Shown here piece by piece: positions 40,176-50,508 of a stretch of 64,000 nt of DNA (the first letter of the stretch is position 1; each line of letters starts with the position of its first letter). Origin of the DNA: Candidatus Peribacteria bacterium. GTDB lineage: Bacteria; Patescibacteriota; Gracilibacteria; Peribacterales; Peribacteraceae. The notes below the pieces were generated by a model. The model was not told the origin of the DNA. It did not search any database and saw only the letters and a list, made by a program, of their open reading frames with translations. The translations under genes were made by a program, and so were the position numbers. The stretch lies in assembly GCA_041691135.1 (NCBI GenBank), contig JBEPVF010000002.1, forward strand, positions 64,001 to 128,000. Direction: 5' to 3'.

Positions 40176-41459
40176 ATGACTCCTCTTCATGCTCCCAAAG
40201 CCCGGCCGCTGATTCCGCTGTTCATCGCCGTGTTGGTAGACATGCTCGGCGTGGGCGTTTCGATTCCGGTACTCACGGTAGTAATACTGAGTTCACAACA
40301 GGGCATTCTGCCGCCGGACATGCCCTTCGCCCAGCGGTCGATTATTTTTGGGTTCCTCCTGGCCAGTTACCCATTGGCCCAGTTTTTTGGGGCCCCCATT
40401 CTAGGCTCATTGTCCGATCGCTATGGTCGCAAGCCGACGCTGCTGCTCACATTGGCGGGAACCGCAATGGGTTATCTTCTCTTCGCGTTGGGTATCGAAG
40501 CACGGGACCTCACACTCCTATTCGCCTCTCGCTTGCTCGATGGAGTGACAGGCGGGAATATTTCGATTGCCGTTTCGGCCACTGCTGATATCAGTTCAGC
40601 CCATACAAAAGCCAAAAACTTCGGTTTAATAGGAATGGCCTACGGCATGGGTCTCATCTTCGGTCCGTATCTGGGAGGCAAGCTAAGCGACCCTTCAATT
40701 CTGCCGTTCTTCCGCCTTTCGACTCCTTTTATCTTTGCTGCACTGCTGACCATCCTGAATATTGTCCTGTTCCTGCTCTTTTTTAGGGAAACACTGCAAA
40801 ATCGCTCAAGCGCTCGTATTCACTTGTTCACAGGATTCCACAATATCAGTCGGGCATTTCAGCTCAAAGATTTACGGACAATCCTCATCGTGGTGTTTCT
40901 GATCAACTTTGGCTTCAACTTCTTCGTACAGTTTTTCCAGGTCTTCTTGTACCAGAAATTCGCCTACACTCCGGGGCAGATCGGTGATCTGTTTGCCTTC
41001 ACAGGACTCTGGATTGCCGGCGTACAAGGATTTTTGGTCCATCCAGCGACCAAACGCTTTGCTCTGTCGCGCATCCTCGCAGTGTGCACGTTCTTTTTTG
41101 CCGGGACGCTTCTGCTCTTGCTTGTCCCCAATCGACCGGCATACCTCTTCGTCATCCTGCCATTCATGGCGGTGTTCTATGGATTGATGGATGCGACCTC
41201 TACAACCATTGTATCTAATTTGAGTGGAGCGCATGTGCAAGGCGAAATCATCGGTATTAAGCAATCGCTCCAATCATTGGCAACAGCCGTACCACCTATC
41301 CTTGCCGGCTTTGTTGCAACGATGGGTTTACACCTGCCCATTCTGGTCGCCAGTGTGTGTACATTTGCCGCAGGGTTGGTTTTCGTGGTTGGCTTCCGTC
41401 ATAAACATGATCTGACTGATATTGTTCCTACGGAACCGCCAGAGCTGCCCCCGCTATAA
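40176..41459 (+). CDS. TetA-like DHA1 MFS transporter
   Basis: VDMLGVG, QFFGAPILGSLSDRYGRKP, RLLDGVTGGNIS, FGPYLGG. Confidence 0.92.
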   Translation: MTPLHAPKARPLIPLFIAVLVDMLGVGVSIPVLTVVILSSQQGILPPDMPFAQRSIIFGFLLASYPLAQFFGAPILGSLSDRYGRKPTLLLTLAGTAMGYLLFALGIEARDLTLLFASRLLDGVTGGNISIAVSATADISSAHTKAKNFGLIGMAYGMGLIFGPYLGGKLSDPSILPFFRLSTPFIFAALLTILNIVLFLLFFRETLQNRSSARIHLFTGFHNISRAFQLKDLRTILIVVFLINFGFNFFVQFFQVFLYQKFAYTPGQIGDLFAFTGLWIAGVQGFLVHPATKRFALSRILAVCTFFFAGTLLLLLVPNRPAYLFVILPFMAVFYGLMDATSTTIVSNLSGAHVQGEIIGIKQSLQSLATAVPPILAGFVATMGLHLPILVASVCTFAAGLVFVVGFRHKHDLTDIVPTEPPELPPL

Positions 41460-42234
41460 GAAAGCAACAGCCTCCAGTCAAAAGGAGCATGGATGCGCCA
41501 TTGGCTAGACCAGGCCGTCTGGCAGCGGATGCCACAATGATGAGAGAAGCTGAAAAACCGATCAAATCAACGGGATCAGCCACAAATAACAGCACCGTGA
41601 CGAGCACCAGAAGCAGAAAGGGTAGGACACGAGTATATGTCTGTACTGCCGATGGCAATATTTTGAACGAAAGCAGTGCACCGAGACCGGCCCCGAAGAA
41701 GAGGCATGCCGGGCTCACCGCCAACATCCAGCCGTGCATTTCTGTGGAAGAATCGGTCATCAATGCTCGTATGTGGCCCGCCAAGAGCAAGCCAACTATG
41801 AGCCCCATCACAGTGAGCGCGGGAAAAGGACGATAGCGAAAGACCAGCGACGAGAGAATGCGAAGCAGGAGGAGCATGGCAATCCATGTTCCCGCTTCCA
41901 TAAAGAGACGTATCGTAAAGTCGGGCACGTCCTCGAGCGGGGTGAGCGTGGAAGGTTTGGCATCATCGCGGCTTACCGTGACGATATAGGGCTGCCCAAT
42001 TTCCAAATTCTGCGACCAGCTGTCCGCATTAGCCGTCACTGTGATCAATTTTTGAAAGTACCCGCGCCATACATGCACCAGACGCAACTGTGCCTCTCCG
42101 GTCGGACTCACTGCCTGCAAGATCGCTACCCCCTCGCGTGACGCTGACGGAACACCCTTGGCAGCAGCCGTCTGCGACAAAAACAAAAGTGTGATAAGAA
42201 ATCCGATAGAGCCAGTGCGCCGCAAGAGTTGCAT
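41428..42234 (-). CDS. Hypothetical membrane protein
   Basis: Signal peptide plus several TM helices; 3' overlap with the MFS gene. Confidence 0.6.
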   Translation of the reverse strand: MQLLRRTGSIGFLITLLFLSQTAAAKGVPSASREGVAILQAVSPTGEAQLRLVHVWRGYFQKLITVTANADSWSQNLEIGQPYIVTVSRDDAKPSTLTPLEDVPDFTIRLFMEAGTWIAMLLLLRILSSLVFRYRPFPALTVMGLIVGLLLAGHIRALMTDSSTEMHGWMLAVSPACLFFGAGLGALLSFKILPSAVQTYTRVLPFLLLVLVTVLLFVADPVDLIGFSASLIIVASAARRPGLANGASMLLLTGGCCFLIAGAALAVP

Positions 42235-42377
42235 TGAAGGCAGTCTAGCTCCGACAGATTGGCTGGCAAATGAAAGATTATTAGCCAAAATGCGTCTTCT
42301 GTTCTATGACACGCCTTGCCCCTGCGTTTACTTTTCCTCCACATTCCGCTATGATGAACTACTTTCATCCACTCATC

Positions 42378-43070
42378 ATGAAATATTTTCTGTCGCTGAT
42401 AGTGGGCATAAGTGCCTTTGCAACACTGAGCGGGCAGGCCGCAGCAGCCGCTCCGCTGACGCGCGCGGAATTTGTCGAAGCTGTCGTGCAGGAAGTATTC
42501 CCCAATGATACGTACGACTGTTTCCGTGATATCACGTCGCCACGATCGGCGTCATACACGCTGCTGTTTGCCGACGTGCGAAAAACCGATCCGCATGCCA
42601 TGGCACTCTGCATCGGCATACATAACGGCATCATAGACGGCGACCGTTCCGCGAACTTTCGTCCGAACGCATTGATCAACACAGCTGAAGCATCGAAGAT
42701 TCTGGCACTTGCATACGGCGTCGCGTTGCCGGACAGCGTTGCCATTCGCGTGCTGCCCTGGCACTGGCGGTACACCGAAGCATTCAAACGACTGGGCGTC
42801 TTGCCTCGCGGCTTCAATGCTTATGGACAACTTGTCACCCGCACAGACCTTAGTGACATGTTTACCAACCTCACGCGGATGAAACCTCGCGTCCTCTTCC
42901 GTCAACCGACCACAGCTCCAACGACAGTCGCGCCGGCTCAGCGCATTCGTATTGTGACACCAACGACTCCCCAAAGAGCCGCCACACGCAGCCGTACCGT
43001 TGGTAATTACCACATGCGTCTGATGAAGAGCTTTAACCAGCCACGAACGTCTCCCCGGCCAAGCACATAA
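42378..43070 (+). CDS. SLH-domain secreted protein
   Basis: Signal peptide, LTRAEF, FADV, GIIDG..FRPNALINTAE. Confidence 0.8.
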   Translation: MKYFLSLIVGISAFATLSGQAAAAAPLTRAEFVEAVVQEVFPNDTYDCFRDITSPRSASYTLLFADVRKTDPHAMALCIGIHNGIIDGDRSANFRPNALINTAEASKILALAYGVALPDSVAIRVLPWHWRYTEAFKRLGVLPRGFNAYGQLVTRTDLSDMFTNLTRMKPRVLFRQPTTAPTTVAPAQRIRIVTPTTPQRAATRSRTVGNYHMRLMKSFNQPRTSPRPST

Positions 43071-43154
43071 AGTGGCTAGGATTGGCCAAAATCGAGCAAA
43101 GAAAGACGTGCCTTATGGCACGTTTTTTGGTATAATAGAAGCAAATCAATTTCA

Positions 43155-44528
43155 ATGGTCAAAAGTCCCCTATCCCCCACTCGGCAACCGAGAACTTGGC
43201 GCACGCTTCGTTTTCGCACGCTCCTCGTCCTGTCGATGATTATTGTGGGCGCGAGTTTCTTTCTACAGGGCAAAATCCTGATCGAAGCACGCAACAAAAA
43301 TTCTCTCAAACGTGAAGTATTACTGTCGGCCCTCACACTGGACCGCAGCATCGTCAGCATCCTCGCCACACAGCAGCGCGACCCGGTGATCGAACAGACG
43401 ATTCAACCCCAACTCGACGCGCTCAACAAGACCACGCAGTCGACCGCAGTGATGATTATTGCCGAGGCTGCCGACAAAAATACGCTCGAGATCCGTTTGT
43501 CATCGGCTCCTCAACGGCGCGACGACACGATTACATTTCCGCCGGATATCATCGGATCACTGCGACAGCAACCGGATATGAGCGTGGTGATCGGATCAGG
43601 CGGCACACTGATGGCATTCATGCCGATCCGCGGCACACAGGGCGATGTCGTCGCCTTCCTCGGTATGGAGCGCGGCGAAAACGCATTCATCATCGCCGCA
43701 GAATCATTTGGTTTATCACTCATTCTGCTCTTCATCACCAGTGTTGTATTGTGGGCACTGATCCGCCGTTACACATCGCAAGGCAACGACGACGCCGTGC
43801 GTCAGTTCGATGCGAACCGCCTGGCGCTGATGGAACTCGCGACGCACCAGCTGGGAGCACCGCTGGCCAGCTTCAAGTGGTGGTTGGAACTGCTGCAGGA
43901 TCCCGACGGCAAAGAGCTGTGGGGTAACAAGGAAGTGACGATGCAGATCCAGGAAGGCGTCACGCGCATGGAGAGCATCATCAAAGCACTTACCGAAGCG
44001 AACGAAGTGGCGGCGCAGGGCGCCAATTACAAACTGGAAACACTCGCCTCACTCAAGGACATTCTCCGCCGCGGACTCAATGACGCAGCGTCCCATCTGC
44101 AACGCCGCAAGCAAGTACTGAAGATCTTCTTGGATCCGCAGCTCGATCCCGTTCAGCTCGATCCCAAACTGCTGTTCGGCGTGTTACAGGAAGTAATCGA
44201 GAATGCCATCGACTACTCGCCGGATAACACGACTCTCGAAATCCACGTGACCAAGGAAGGCCGCTTCGCACAAGTGGCAATCAAGGACCAGGGCTACGGC
44301 ATTCCGCCACAAGACCTGCCGCACATCTTCGAAAAGTTCACACGCGCTTCCAATGCCGCACAGTACAAGCCGGTCGGCAACGGCCTCGGCCTGTTCATCG
44401 CCAAAGGCATCATCCACAACCTGGGCGGTGACATGTGGATCGAAAGCAAGCTCGGTAAAGGAACCACGATTTTCTTTACGCTGCCGTTTGATCATCAGGG
44501 AGCGCAGGTATCGATGGCGAAAAAGTAA
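43155..44528 (+). CDS. Sensor histidine kinase (orphan)
   Basis: Two TMs, THQLGAPL H-box, ENAIDYS, DQGYGI, GNGLGL, GKGTT. Confidence 0.92.
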   Translation: MVKSPLSPTRQPRTWRTLRFRTLLVLSMIIVGASFFLQGKILIEARNKNSLKREVLLSALTLDRSIVSILATQQRDPVIEQTIQPQLDALNKTTQSTAVMIIAEAADKNTLEIRLSSAPQRRDDTITFPPDIIGSLRQQPDMSVVIGSGGTLMAFMPIRGTQGDVVAFLGMERGENAFIIAAESFGLSLILLFITSVVLWALIRRYTSQGNDDAVRQFDANRLALMELATHQLGAPLASFKWWLELLQDPDGKELWGNKEVTMQIQEGVTRMESIIKALTEANEVAAQGANYKLETLASLKDILRRGLNDAASHLQRRKQVLKIFLDPQLDPVQLDPKLLFGVLQEVIENAIDYSPDNTTLEIHVTKEGRFAQVAIKDQGYGIPPQDLPHIFEKFTRASNAAQYKPVGNGLGLFIAKGIIHNLGGDMWIESKLGKGTTIFFTLPFDHQGAQVSMAKK

Positions 44529-44596
44529 GAGAACAGTGCACAGAAGTCAGTGATCAGTAGTAGATACTGCAACTGGCATTTTTGTTTTTGGTTTTT

Positions 44597-45400
44597 TTAT
44601 TTTCTAACCGCCATTCTCTTCCACCAGTAACCCGCGACGACGATGTATCCCACATACACCAACAGCTCAATCAACGATGGCTGATCGCTATAACCGAATA
44701 ACTGACGCAATGAGCCGCCCACAAAGCTTTCCTGCGAGAGGAATTGCGAGATGTTCCACACATGCTCAATCCCCTCGGACAGAAATCCGGCCTCTTGGAA
44801 TTCGTGTGCGCCGTGCATCAACAGACCGGCACTGAACAGAATCAGAAGAACATTCACGACTAGGAAAAAGTGCCGGAGCGAAATGCGCCGGATGCCGGCA
44901 AAAAGCAAAATGCTCAGTACGACCGCGATACCGATGCCGAGTAACGCGCCGACGAAGTGCCATCCCGAACCGGATTGCAGCAGCGCGGCCTGCAGAAAGA
45001 TCACCGTCTCGGTGCCCTCGCGCAAAGTGGTGAACAGGATGAGGAGAAACACGCCAAAGCGGTATTCGCTCTGCACGTGCGACGATACATGTTGCTCGAT
45101 CGAACGACGCATGGCGGAACCGTGCCGCATCATCCAGAAGATCATCCAACTCATCAATACAACGGCAAGAATCATGAGCGATCCTTCGAATATCTGTTCA
45201 CTCCGCCCGGAAAATTCGCCGAACAGACGGCTCAACAAAACACCGAGCAGGATACTGATCAGAACACCGGCCGCAACACCGAGCCACACCGACGAACGAA
45301 AAGATTTGTGTTCGGTACGATCGAGATAGGCCAGAACAATGCCAACCACGAGCGACGTTTCGAGCGTCTCGCGAAGCGTAATAAGAACGGCAGCGGTCAT
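44597..45400 (-). CDS. FTR1/EfeU-family iron permease
   Basis: LRETLE and LREGTE (RExxE) motifs; HEFQEAG. Confidence 0.92.
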   Translation of the reverse strand: MTAAVLITLRETLETSLVVGIVLAYLDRTEHKSFRSSVWLGVAAGVLISILLGVLLSRLFGEFSGRSEQIFEGSLMILAVVLMSWMIFWMMRHGSAMRRSIEQHVSSHVQSEYRFGVFLLILFTTLREGTETVIFLQAALLQSGSGWHFVGALLGIGIAVVLSILLFAGIRRISLRHFFLVVNVLLILFSAGLLMHGAHEFQEAGFLSEGIEHVWNISQFLSQESFVGGSLRQLFGYSDQPSLIELLVYVGYIVVAGYWWKRMAVRK

Positions 45401-45533
45401 AAGAAAAGGCAGAATGAGGAGCAATTGAACGGATGCTCACACCATGGGATGCGCGGACGATACCAAGAGATGATCGCAAAGTACAAATGATTTTTCGGTG
45501 CGAATAGAGCGTCTGATCCGACGATTTCTCCGT

Positions 45534-46238
45534 CTATCGCGGATCACGCACGCCCACCTGACGGCACATATCGCGGACGGGACACGTGGAACATTTCGGT
45601 CGCAGCCCCGTACACACATGTTTGCCGAACGGCACCAGCAAACGATTGATCTCCAGTGAGTATTTGACTGGCAATTTCTTCTGCAATTGTTCCAGTGTTT
45701 TTTCGGGTGTCGCCGCCTGCACATACCCCCATCGATTAGTGACGCGATGCACATGAATATCGACGCCGATGAACGGCTGCCCGCAGGCAATCCCGAGTAC
45801 CAGATTGGCGCATTTGGGACCGACACCCGGGAAGGAAATCAGCACATCATGTTTGCACGGAACTTCTCCTCCGAATTCGCGTACGACCCGCCCGGCGATT
45901 GTCTGGATATTCTGCGCCTTCGCTTGGTGGAATGTGCAGTTGGCAATGAGTCGATCGATGGTCTTGATCGACATCCGGACTACCTGAGCCGGCGAACGAG
46001 CTTGGGCAAATAACTTCTTCGCCGTCGGCACCGTCACTTCGTCGTAGGTTCGGACCGAGATCATGCACGCAATGAGAACCTCGAACGTCGACTTGTAGCC
46101 TTGATCGTACAATTCAAACAGCGCGGCCTTTCGATAGGGCCGTACCGTTTCTTCAATGCGCTGCATCGTTTCATCGATATCAAACGGCCGCTTGGTCTGC
46201 GGGTCGTGAATGACGACATACGGAGGAACGGAAGCCAT
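45534..46238 (-). CDS. nth: Endonuclease III (HhH-GPD, 4Fe-4S)
   Basis: FPGVGPKCAN, VDIHVHR, CxxxxPKCSTCPVRDMC. Confidence 0.93.
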   Translation of the reverse strand: MASVPPYVVIHDPQTKRPFDIDETMQRIEETVRPYRKAALFELYDQGYKSTFEVLIACMISVRTYDEVTVPTAKKLFAQARSPAQVVRMSIKTIDRLIANCTFHQAKAQNIQTIAGRVVREFGGEVPCKHDVLISFPGVGPKCANLVLGIACGQPFIGVDIHVHRVTNRWGYVQAATPEKTLEQLQKKLPVKYSLEINRLLVPFGKHVCTGLRPKCSTCPVRDMCRQVGVRDPR

Positions 46239-46295
46239 GGGGAGCGCAGGGCAATAAGTTTCTGACGCGCAGCGGCCATACTTCTTACGTTAGTA

Positions 46296-46958
46296 TCAGA
46301 GCGACTGCAGCTGATGGGAACAGCTCGTGTCCGTACCTGTTTGCTCCACATCCGAGACCGGCAGGAACTGCTGCGTGCCGGCATCGTACGAAAATACTTC
46401 ACCGGTCTGTAATTTGTACACCCAGGCGTGCAGCTGCAATTTGCCTTCGGCAACACGCGAGGCGATAAACGGCAATTTGAGCAGATGTTCCACCTGCACC
46501 AGTACGTTCTCCTGCACCGCGATATTGCAACGCTGTTCCAGGTCGGCATCCGGATAGTTTTTTTCCACGATTTGCTTCACCTCAGCCGCATGTTTCAACC
46601 AGGCCGTCACGGCCAAAAGCGATGCATCGGCGCCTTCGATCAACGCCTTGATCGCACCGCAGCCCAGATGTCCGCAGATGATGATGTCTTTGATATCCAG
46701 AACTTCGAGCGCGTATTCGATCGCCCCGTGCTCGCTGCTCACTTGGCCGGAAGCGGGAACAATGTTGCCGATGTTGCGGACGATAAACAGATCTCCAGGC
46801 TTGGTGCTGGTGAGCAGAGTCGGAACAATGCGCGAATCGGAACACGTGATGAATAAGGCTTGTGGATGCTGCCCTTTGGCCAGCTCCTGAAACAGATCTT
46901 TGTGTTGCTGGAATGTCTGTTCGTGAAACTGATGAATGCCTGGGATGAGGGATTTCAT
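46296..46958 (-). CDS. Beta-class carbonic anhydrase
   Basis: CSDSR, RNIGN, HLGCGA. Confidence 0.95.
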   Translation of the reverse strand: MKSLIPGIHQFHEQTFQQHKDLFQELAKGQHPQALFITCSDSRIVPTLLTSTKPGDLFIVRNIGNIVPASGQVSSEHGAIEYALEVLDIKDIIICGHLGCGAIKALIEGADASLLAVTAWLKHAAEVKQIVEKNYPDADLEQRCNIAVQENVLVQVEHLLKLPFIASRVAEGKLQLHAWVYKLQTGEVFSYDAGTQQFLPVSDVEQTGTDTSCSHQLQSL

Positions 46959-47008
46959 GGCACATTTATACACCTTCTATCGTGAATGTCACCACGTCGA
47001 ATGGTGGA

Positions 47009-48160
47009 TTACTTACCGATAATCATCACAATCACGCCGATATTGTCTTTCTTCGCTGGCTGCTGCCTCGGCGCTCCTGTCTTCCAGTCTTGCCCCTCAT
47101 CAAAAGTGACAGCGTCCTTGCTGCGTAGAAACGCCTGTTCCGCAAGAAACAGACAAATATTTTCAGCAGTAGGGACCATGCCCTCCTTGGCTATCTCATG
47201 CTCGATCATCTCGGCGATCTCTTTGGAGAGGAAATTATCCGTCACACCATCGGTGAGAAGAATAAGAATATCTCCTTTCTTTATTTTTTGCGGTAGTTCC
47301 TCCTGGATTTTCCCTTCACGTACCTTAATGCAATTGGTGAGGATGTGTTTCACAGCACTAGTCATATACTGTTCTTCTGAGATTTCACCGTAATTCAGCA
47401 ACGCTCGCACAAGACTCTGATCGACTGTTTCTGCAGCGACTTTTCTCGTTTGGCCATCAATGATGATGCGTCTTGTGTCACCTGCGCTTGCCGTACGTTC
47501 GTAGAGAATTCCATCTGTATCTTCTTCCAGAACGGTAACTGTCGCACACGCACCATTTTGAGGATCCAAGCCACTCGCTTGCATGCGCTGCTGCGCGCTT
47601 TTTACGGACATCTTAGGTTCATGCGGCTGCATGAGTAATTCTTCGGTCAGGATCTGTGCCGCAGCTTCTCCTTGATCACCGCCTCCCACTCCATCCGCTA
47701 TTGCAAGCACCACTACATCTCCTTGTGGATCATTCAAATTTTTTGGGAATATTCGCATACCAACTCTGTCTTCGTTCACAAATTTCGTTTTCGTATCATT
47801 GCTTCTCCTGATGCCTCTATCTGTCACCATGGCCACGACGCCGAAGGGCGTCTCTTGCACGAAGGGATGTTCGATCGAGCCTACTATCCCTTGGCCGTCG
47901 AGAACGGCTCTCTGCTCTTGGTCTACTTTGGGGCGGTACGGAATTCTCATTCGCTGCATGAGCTTATGACGCACACCGGCTTTGGTGAACCGGACACCAC
48001 CGCCATGTTCCTCGCGTAGTCTTCTTTTTATAATGCCCCTCACTTCGTCCAACTGAAATACATCCACACTGGACTGAGTCGTAAGACCGCTTACTTCGGA
48101 CGAGAGTACTTGATTGACCTCATCGAGAGACGGCAAGGTCCTTGGTCGTGATACGGACAT
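47009..48160 (-). CDS. PP2C/PPM-type Ser/Thr phosphatase with long N-terminal extension
   Basis: NEDR, IADGVGG, AGDTR, LTDGVTD, DNI. Confidence 0.88.
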   Translation of the reverse strand: MSVSRPRTLPSLDEVNQVLSSEVSGLTTQSSVDVFQLDEVRGIIKRRLREEHGGGVRFTKAGVRHKLMQRMRIPYRPKVDQEQRAVLDGQGIVGSIEHPFVQETPFGVVAMVTDRGIRRSNDTKTKFVNEDRVGMRIFPKNLNDPQGDVVVLAIADGVGGGDQGEAAAQILTEELLMQPHEPKMSVKSAQQRMQASGLDPQNGACATVTVLEEDTDGILYERTASAGDTRRIIIDGQTRKVAAETVDQSLVRALLNYGEISEEQYMTSAVKHILTNCIKVREGKIQEELPQKIKKGDILILLTDGVTDNFLSKEIAEMIEHEIAKEGMVPTAENICLFLAEQAFLRSKDAVTFDEGQDWKTGAPRQQPAKKDNIGVIVMIIGK

Positions 48161-48202
48161 ATTTATATATTACAATTTTATTTAATTTTGTCAAAATACT
48201 CC

Positions 48203-49039
48203 TCAGAGGTCCAAAAACGAGCAGCATTGGACTTTCTTCTCATCCAGCAGCTCGAGAATTGATGGATCAAGCAGCATTCTGAATTCGGTCTGTCGCTGCG
48301 GATCCAAATCGAACGGCATGCCGTACGTCGTCTGACTGCCGGGGTGGACCATGAGTTCCGTCGTTCCTTCTGGGAGACGACCGATGACGTGGCGAAGATT
48401 TTTGAGTGATGCGTTGCCGACGAGCGTGAGCCCGCGGAAGTGATCGGTGGAGACGAGTCCGTTCGCCGCATAGAGTTCACGCGCTGTTCTCGCCTGCTCA
48501 TTGATCTTCTGCGTTCGTTCCAATTGTTCGGGTGACACGTCGTACCCAAACGGCGGCAACGGCTCTTCGCACGGAATGCGGACGAAGCGAATGCCGTAGC
48601 GTTCGCAAGCCGGCAGTAGCGCATTCACGATCATCGGATGAATATGTATGTGATGATGACCGTCGATGTGCGTCGGCGCGCCGTACGTATCGAAACACCA
48701 TTCGATCTGCGCGCGGATCTCGCGTTCCAAATGTTCATGCTGTACTTCGCCGTTATCGAGCGCGGCCCGGAATTTTTCGCGGCTCATGAACGCGCCATTG
48801 CTCTCGGTCACACTGCTCACTTCGGCCTGCTTGCTGAGCGGATACTCCTCGGTGAAGTTCAGGTGCAGACCGGCCGGCACATTCCGCTCGCGCGCATGAC
48901 GCGCGGCATGGTCGCTATCGGATCCAGTGGCGAGGATCGTCGTGCTTGTCGCCACGCCGAACTCCATGCATTGAAAAATACCATGAGAGCGCTGGGCATT
49001 GATGCCCAGATCATCGGCATTGATGATGAGGCGACGCAT
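48203..49039 (-). CDS. ChbG/HpnK (YdjC) family deacetylase
   Basis: IINADDLG, GLHLN, PTHIDGHHH, ELMVHPG. Confidence 0.93.
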   Translation of the reverse strand: MRRLIINADDLGINAQRSHGIFQCMEFGVATSTTILATGSDSDHAARHARERNVPAGLHLNFTEEYPLSKQAEVSSVTESNGAFMSREKFRAALDNGEVQHEHLEREIRAQIEWCFDTYGAPTHIDGHHHIHIHPMIVNALLPACERYGIRFVRIPCEEPLPPFGYDVSPEQLERTQKINEQARTARELYAANGLVSTDHFRGLTLVGNASLKNLRHVIGRLPEGTTELMVHPGSQTTYGMPFDLDPQRQTEFRMLLDPSILELLDEKKVQCCSFLDL

Positions 49040-49065
49040 GCAGCCAGTGTAGAGCAAAAGACAGC

Positions 49066-50151
49066 CTACTTCTTGGTCGATTCGAACGTCTGAACCATCT
49101 GAAAGAGGGTGGAGAGGGCGACATTCAACGACCCCTTCGTCTCATTGTCCGCCTGTGGCACTCTGATCTCGAAACGGAATCTCGTATCGAGTGTGACGTA
49201 GTACGCATGCACCGTCTGACCTGATGGATAGATTTCGTCGCTTCCATATGCCGTATAGGTCTTCCCTTCGACCTGCAACTGGCGCTCGATGGTTGGTACA
49301 AGTTCAAGCGCGCCACCACTCTCGGGTAGAGCAATGATAGTGACTGATCCGTCCTTTGTCTGCATTGTCACAAATGATGAACCCGACGCCGTCACCGTTG
49401 CACTGGATGGGTAACGAATCTGATAACTGAAATCTGCATTCGTGTAGGTCTGCCAATCGGCATGCGCTTGGGCAGATGACGATGATGATGCAGGTGCAGA
49501 CGACACACTGGCTGACTGATCATTCAAATATTTCGCCCGTGCTTCCATCACCATCTTCACCGTCTCGGCGCGATTGACTGAATCGGTGGGACGAAAGCGG
49601 TTGAGGCTTTGGCCACTCATATCCATATCACCGGTGAGAATATCATCGCGACTGAGCGCTTCGACGGCAAAGGCATACGTGGTGGAAGCGGTGACATCGT
49701 CATACCGGTTGCCGACGGGCGTCTCCTGATCCACGCCAAACGCATCGGCAATCAACGACGCGACTTCGGCACGCGTGGCATCGCGCTGAAAATCAAGGCC
49801 CGACTGGCCTTTAGTCATCGCAAAATTATGATCGAACGCGTAATCCATATACGGCAACACCCAATACGCACCGCCCATCGAAGTGGCGGGCTTGTGATCC
49901 GATCCTCGGATCGCGATCTTAAGCGCCTCGGCAACAGTCACATGATCCGCCGGTCCGAATTTTCCGGTCAGGTTGCCGCGCGCATCCGTGTAACCGTTCA
50001 CGATCCCCTCGTTCGCCGCCATGTTCACATAGTCGGCATACCACGCGCCGGTTTCGACATCGGTAAAATTGGTACGAGCTGCCTGCGCATTCGCGATAAA
50101 AGGAAGCAGAAAGGCAATCGAAGCAAAACGTACAGTAAGTTTGGCATTCAT
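49066..50151 (-). CDS. SLH-domain protein with C-terminal PsbP-like domain
   Basis: FTDV..WY, ATRAE, FRPTDSVNRAE; WQTYTNADFSYQIRYP. Confidence 0.85.
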   Translation of the reverse strand: MNAKLTVRFASIAFLLPFIANAQAARTNFTDVETGAWYADYVNMAANEGIVNGYTDARGNLTGKFGPADHVTVAEALKIAIRGSDHKPATSMGGAYWVLPYMDYAFDHNFAMTKGQSGLDFQRDATRAEVASLIADAFGVDQETPVGNRYDDVTASTTYAFAVEALSRDDILTGDMDMSGQSLNRFRPTDSVNRAETVKMVMEARAKYLNDQSASVSSAPASSSSSAQAHADWQTYTNADFSYQIRYPSSATVTASGSSFVTMQTKDGSVTIIALPESGGALELVPTIERQLQVEGKTYTAYGSDEIYPSGQTVHAYYVTLDTRFRFEIRVPQADNETKGSLNVALSTLFQMVQTFESTKK

Positions 50152-50367
50152 AGAAGCATGCGGAAAGTAGGCGTGATTGTACCTCTCTTCCGAAGAGAAG
50201 AAAGGATGATGAGACGATTTTTTGAATAGTGGTCTTACAACGGAGAAAAGGAGTCAAGAGATTCAGTGGAAAAGATCGCTCCATGAGCATTCGGAAAATG
50301 TTCAGCATGGCGCTGCCGCTTTCTTCGCGGTTGGTCGAAGCTGGTTGATTCATCGTGAGCGCATGCA

Positions 50368-50462
50368 CCCTCACCCCGGCCCTCTCCCTCCTTCCCACGC
50401 CGCAAAGGGAGTGGTGATCGTCTGCTCGTCATGGAACATCAGAAACCTGCCGGGAGAGGGAG
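50368..50462. repeat. CCCTCACCCC-type REP-like hairpin with expanded loop
   Basis: CCTCACCCCGGCCCTCTCCC ... GGGAGAGGGAG. Confidence 0.6.
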
Positions 50463-50508
50463 ATGTATGTTGTGTGTGTGTTGTGCCTAACGAAGCTCTC
50501 TCAAATAG

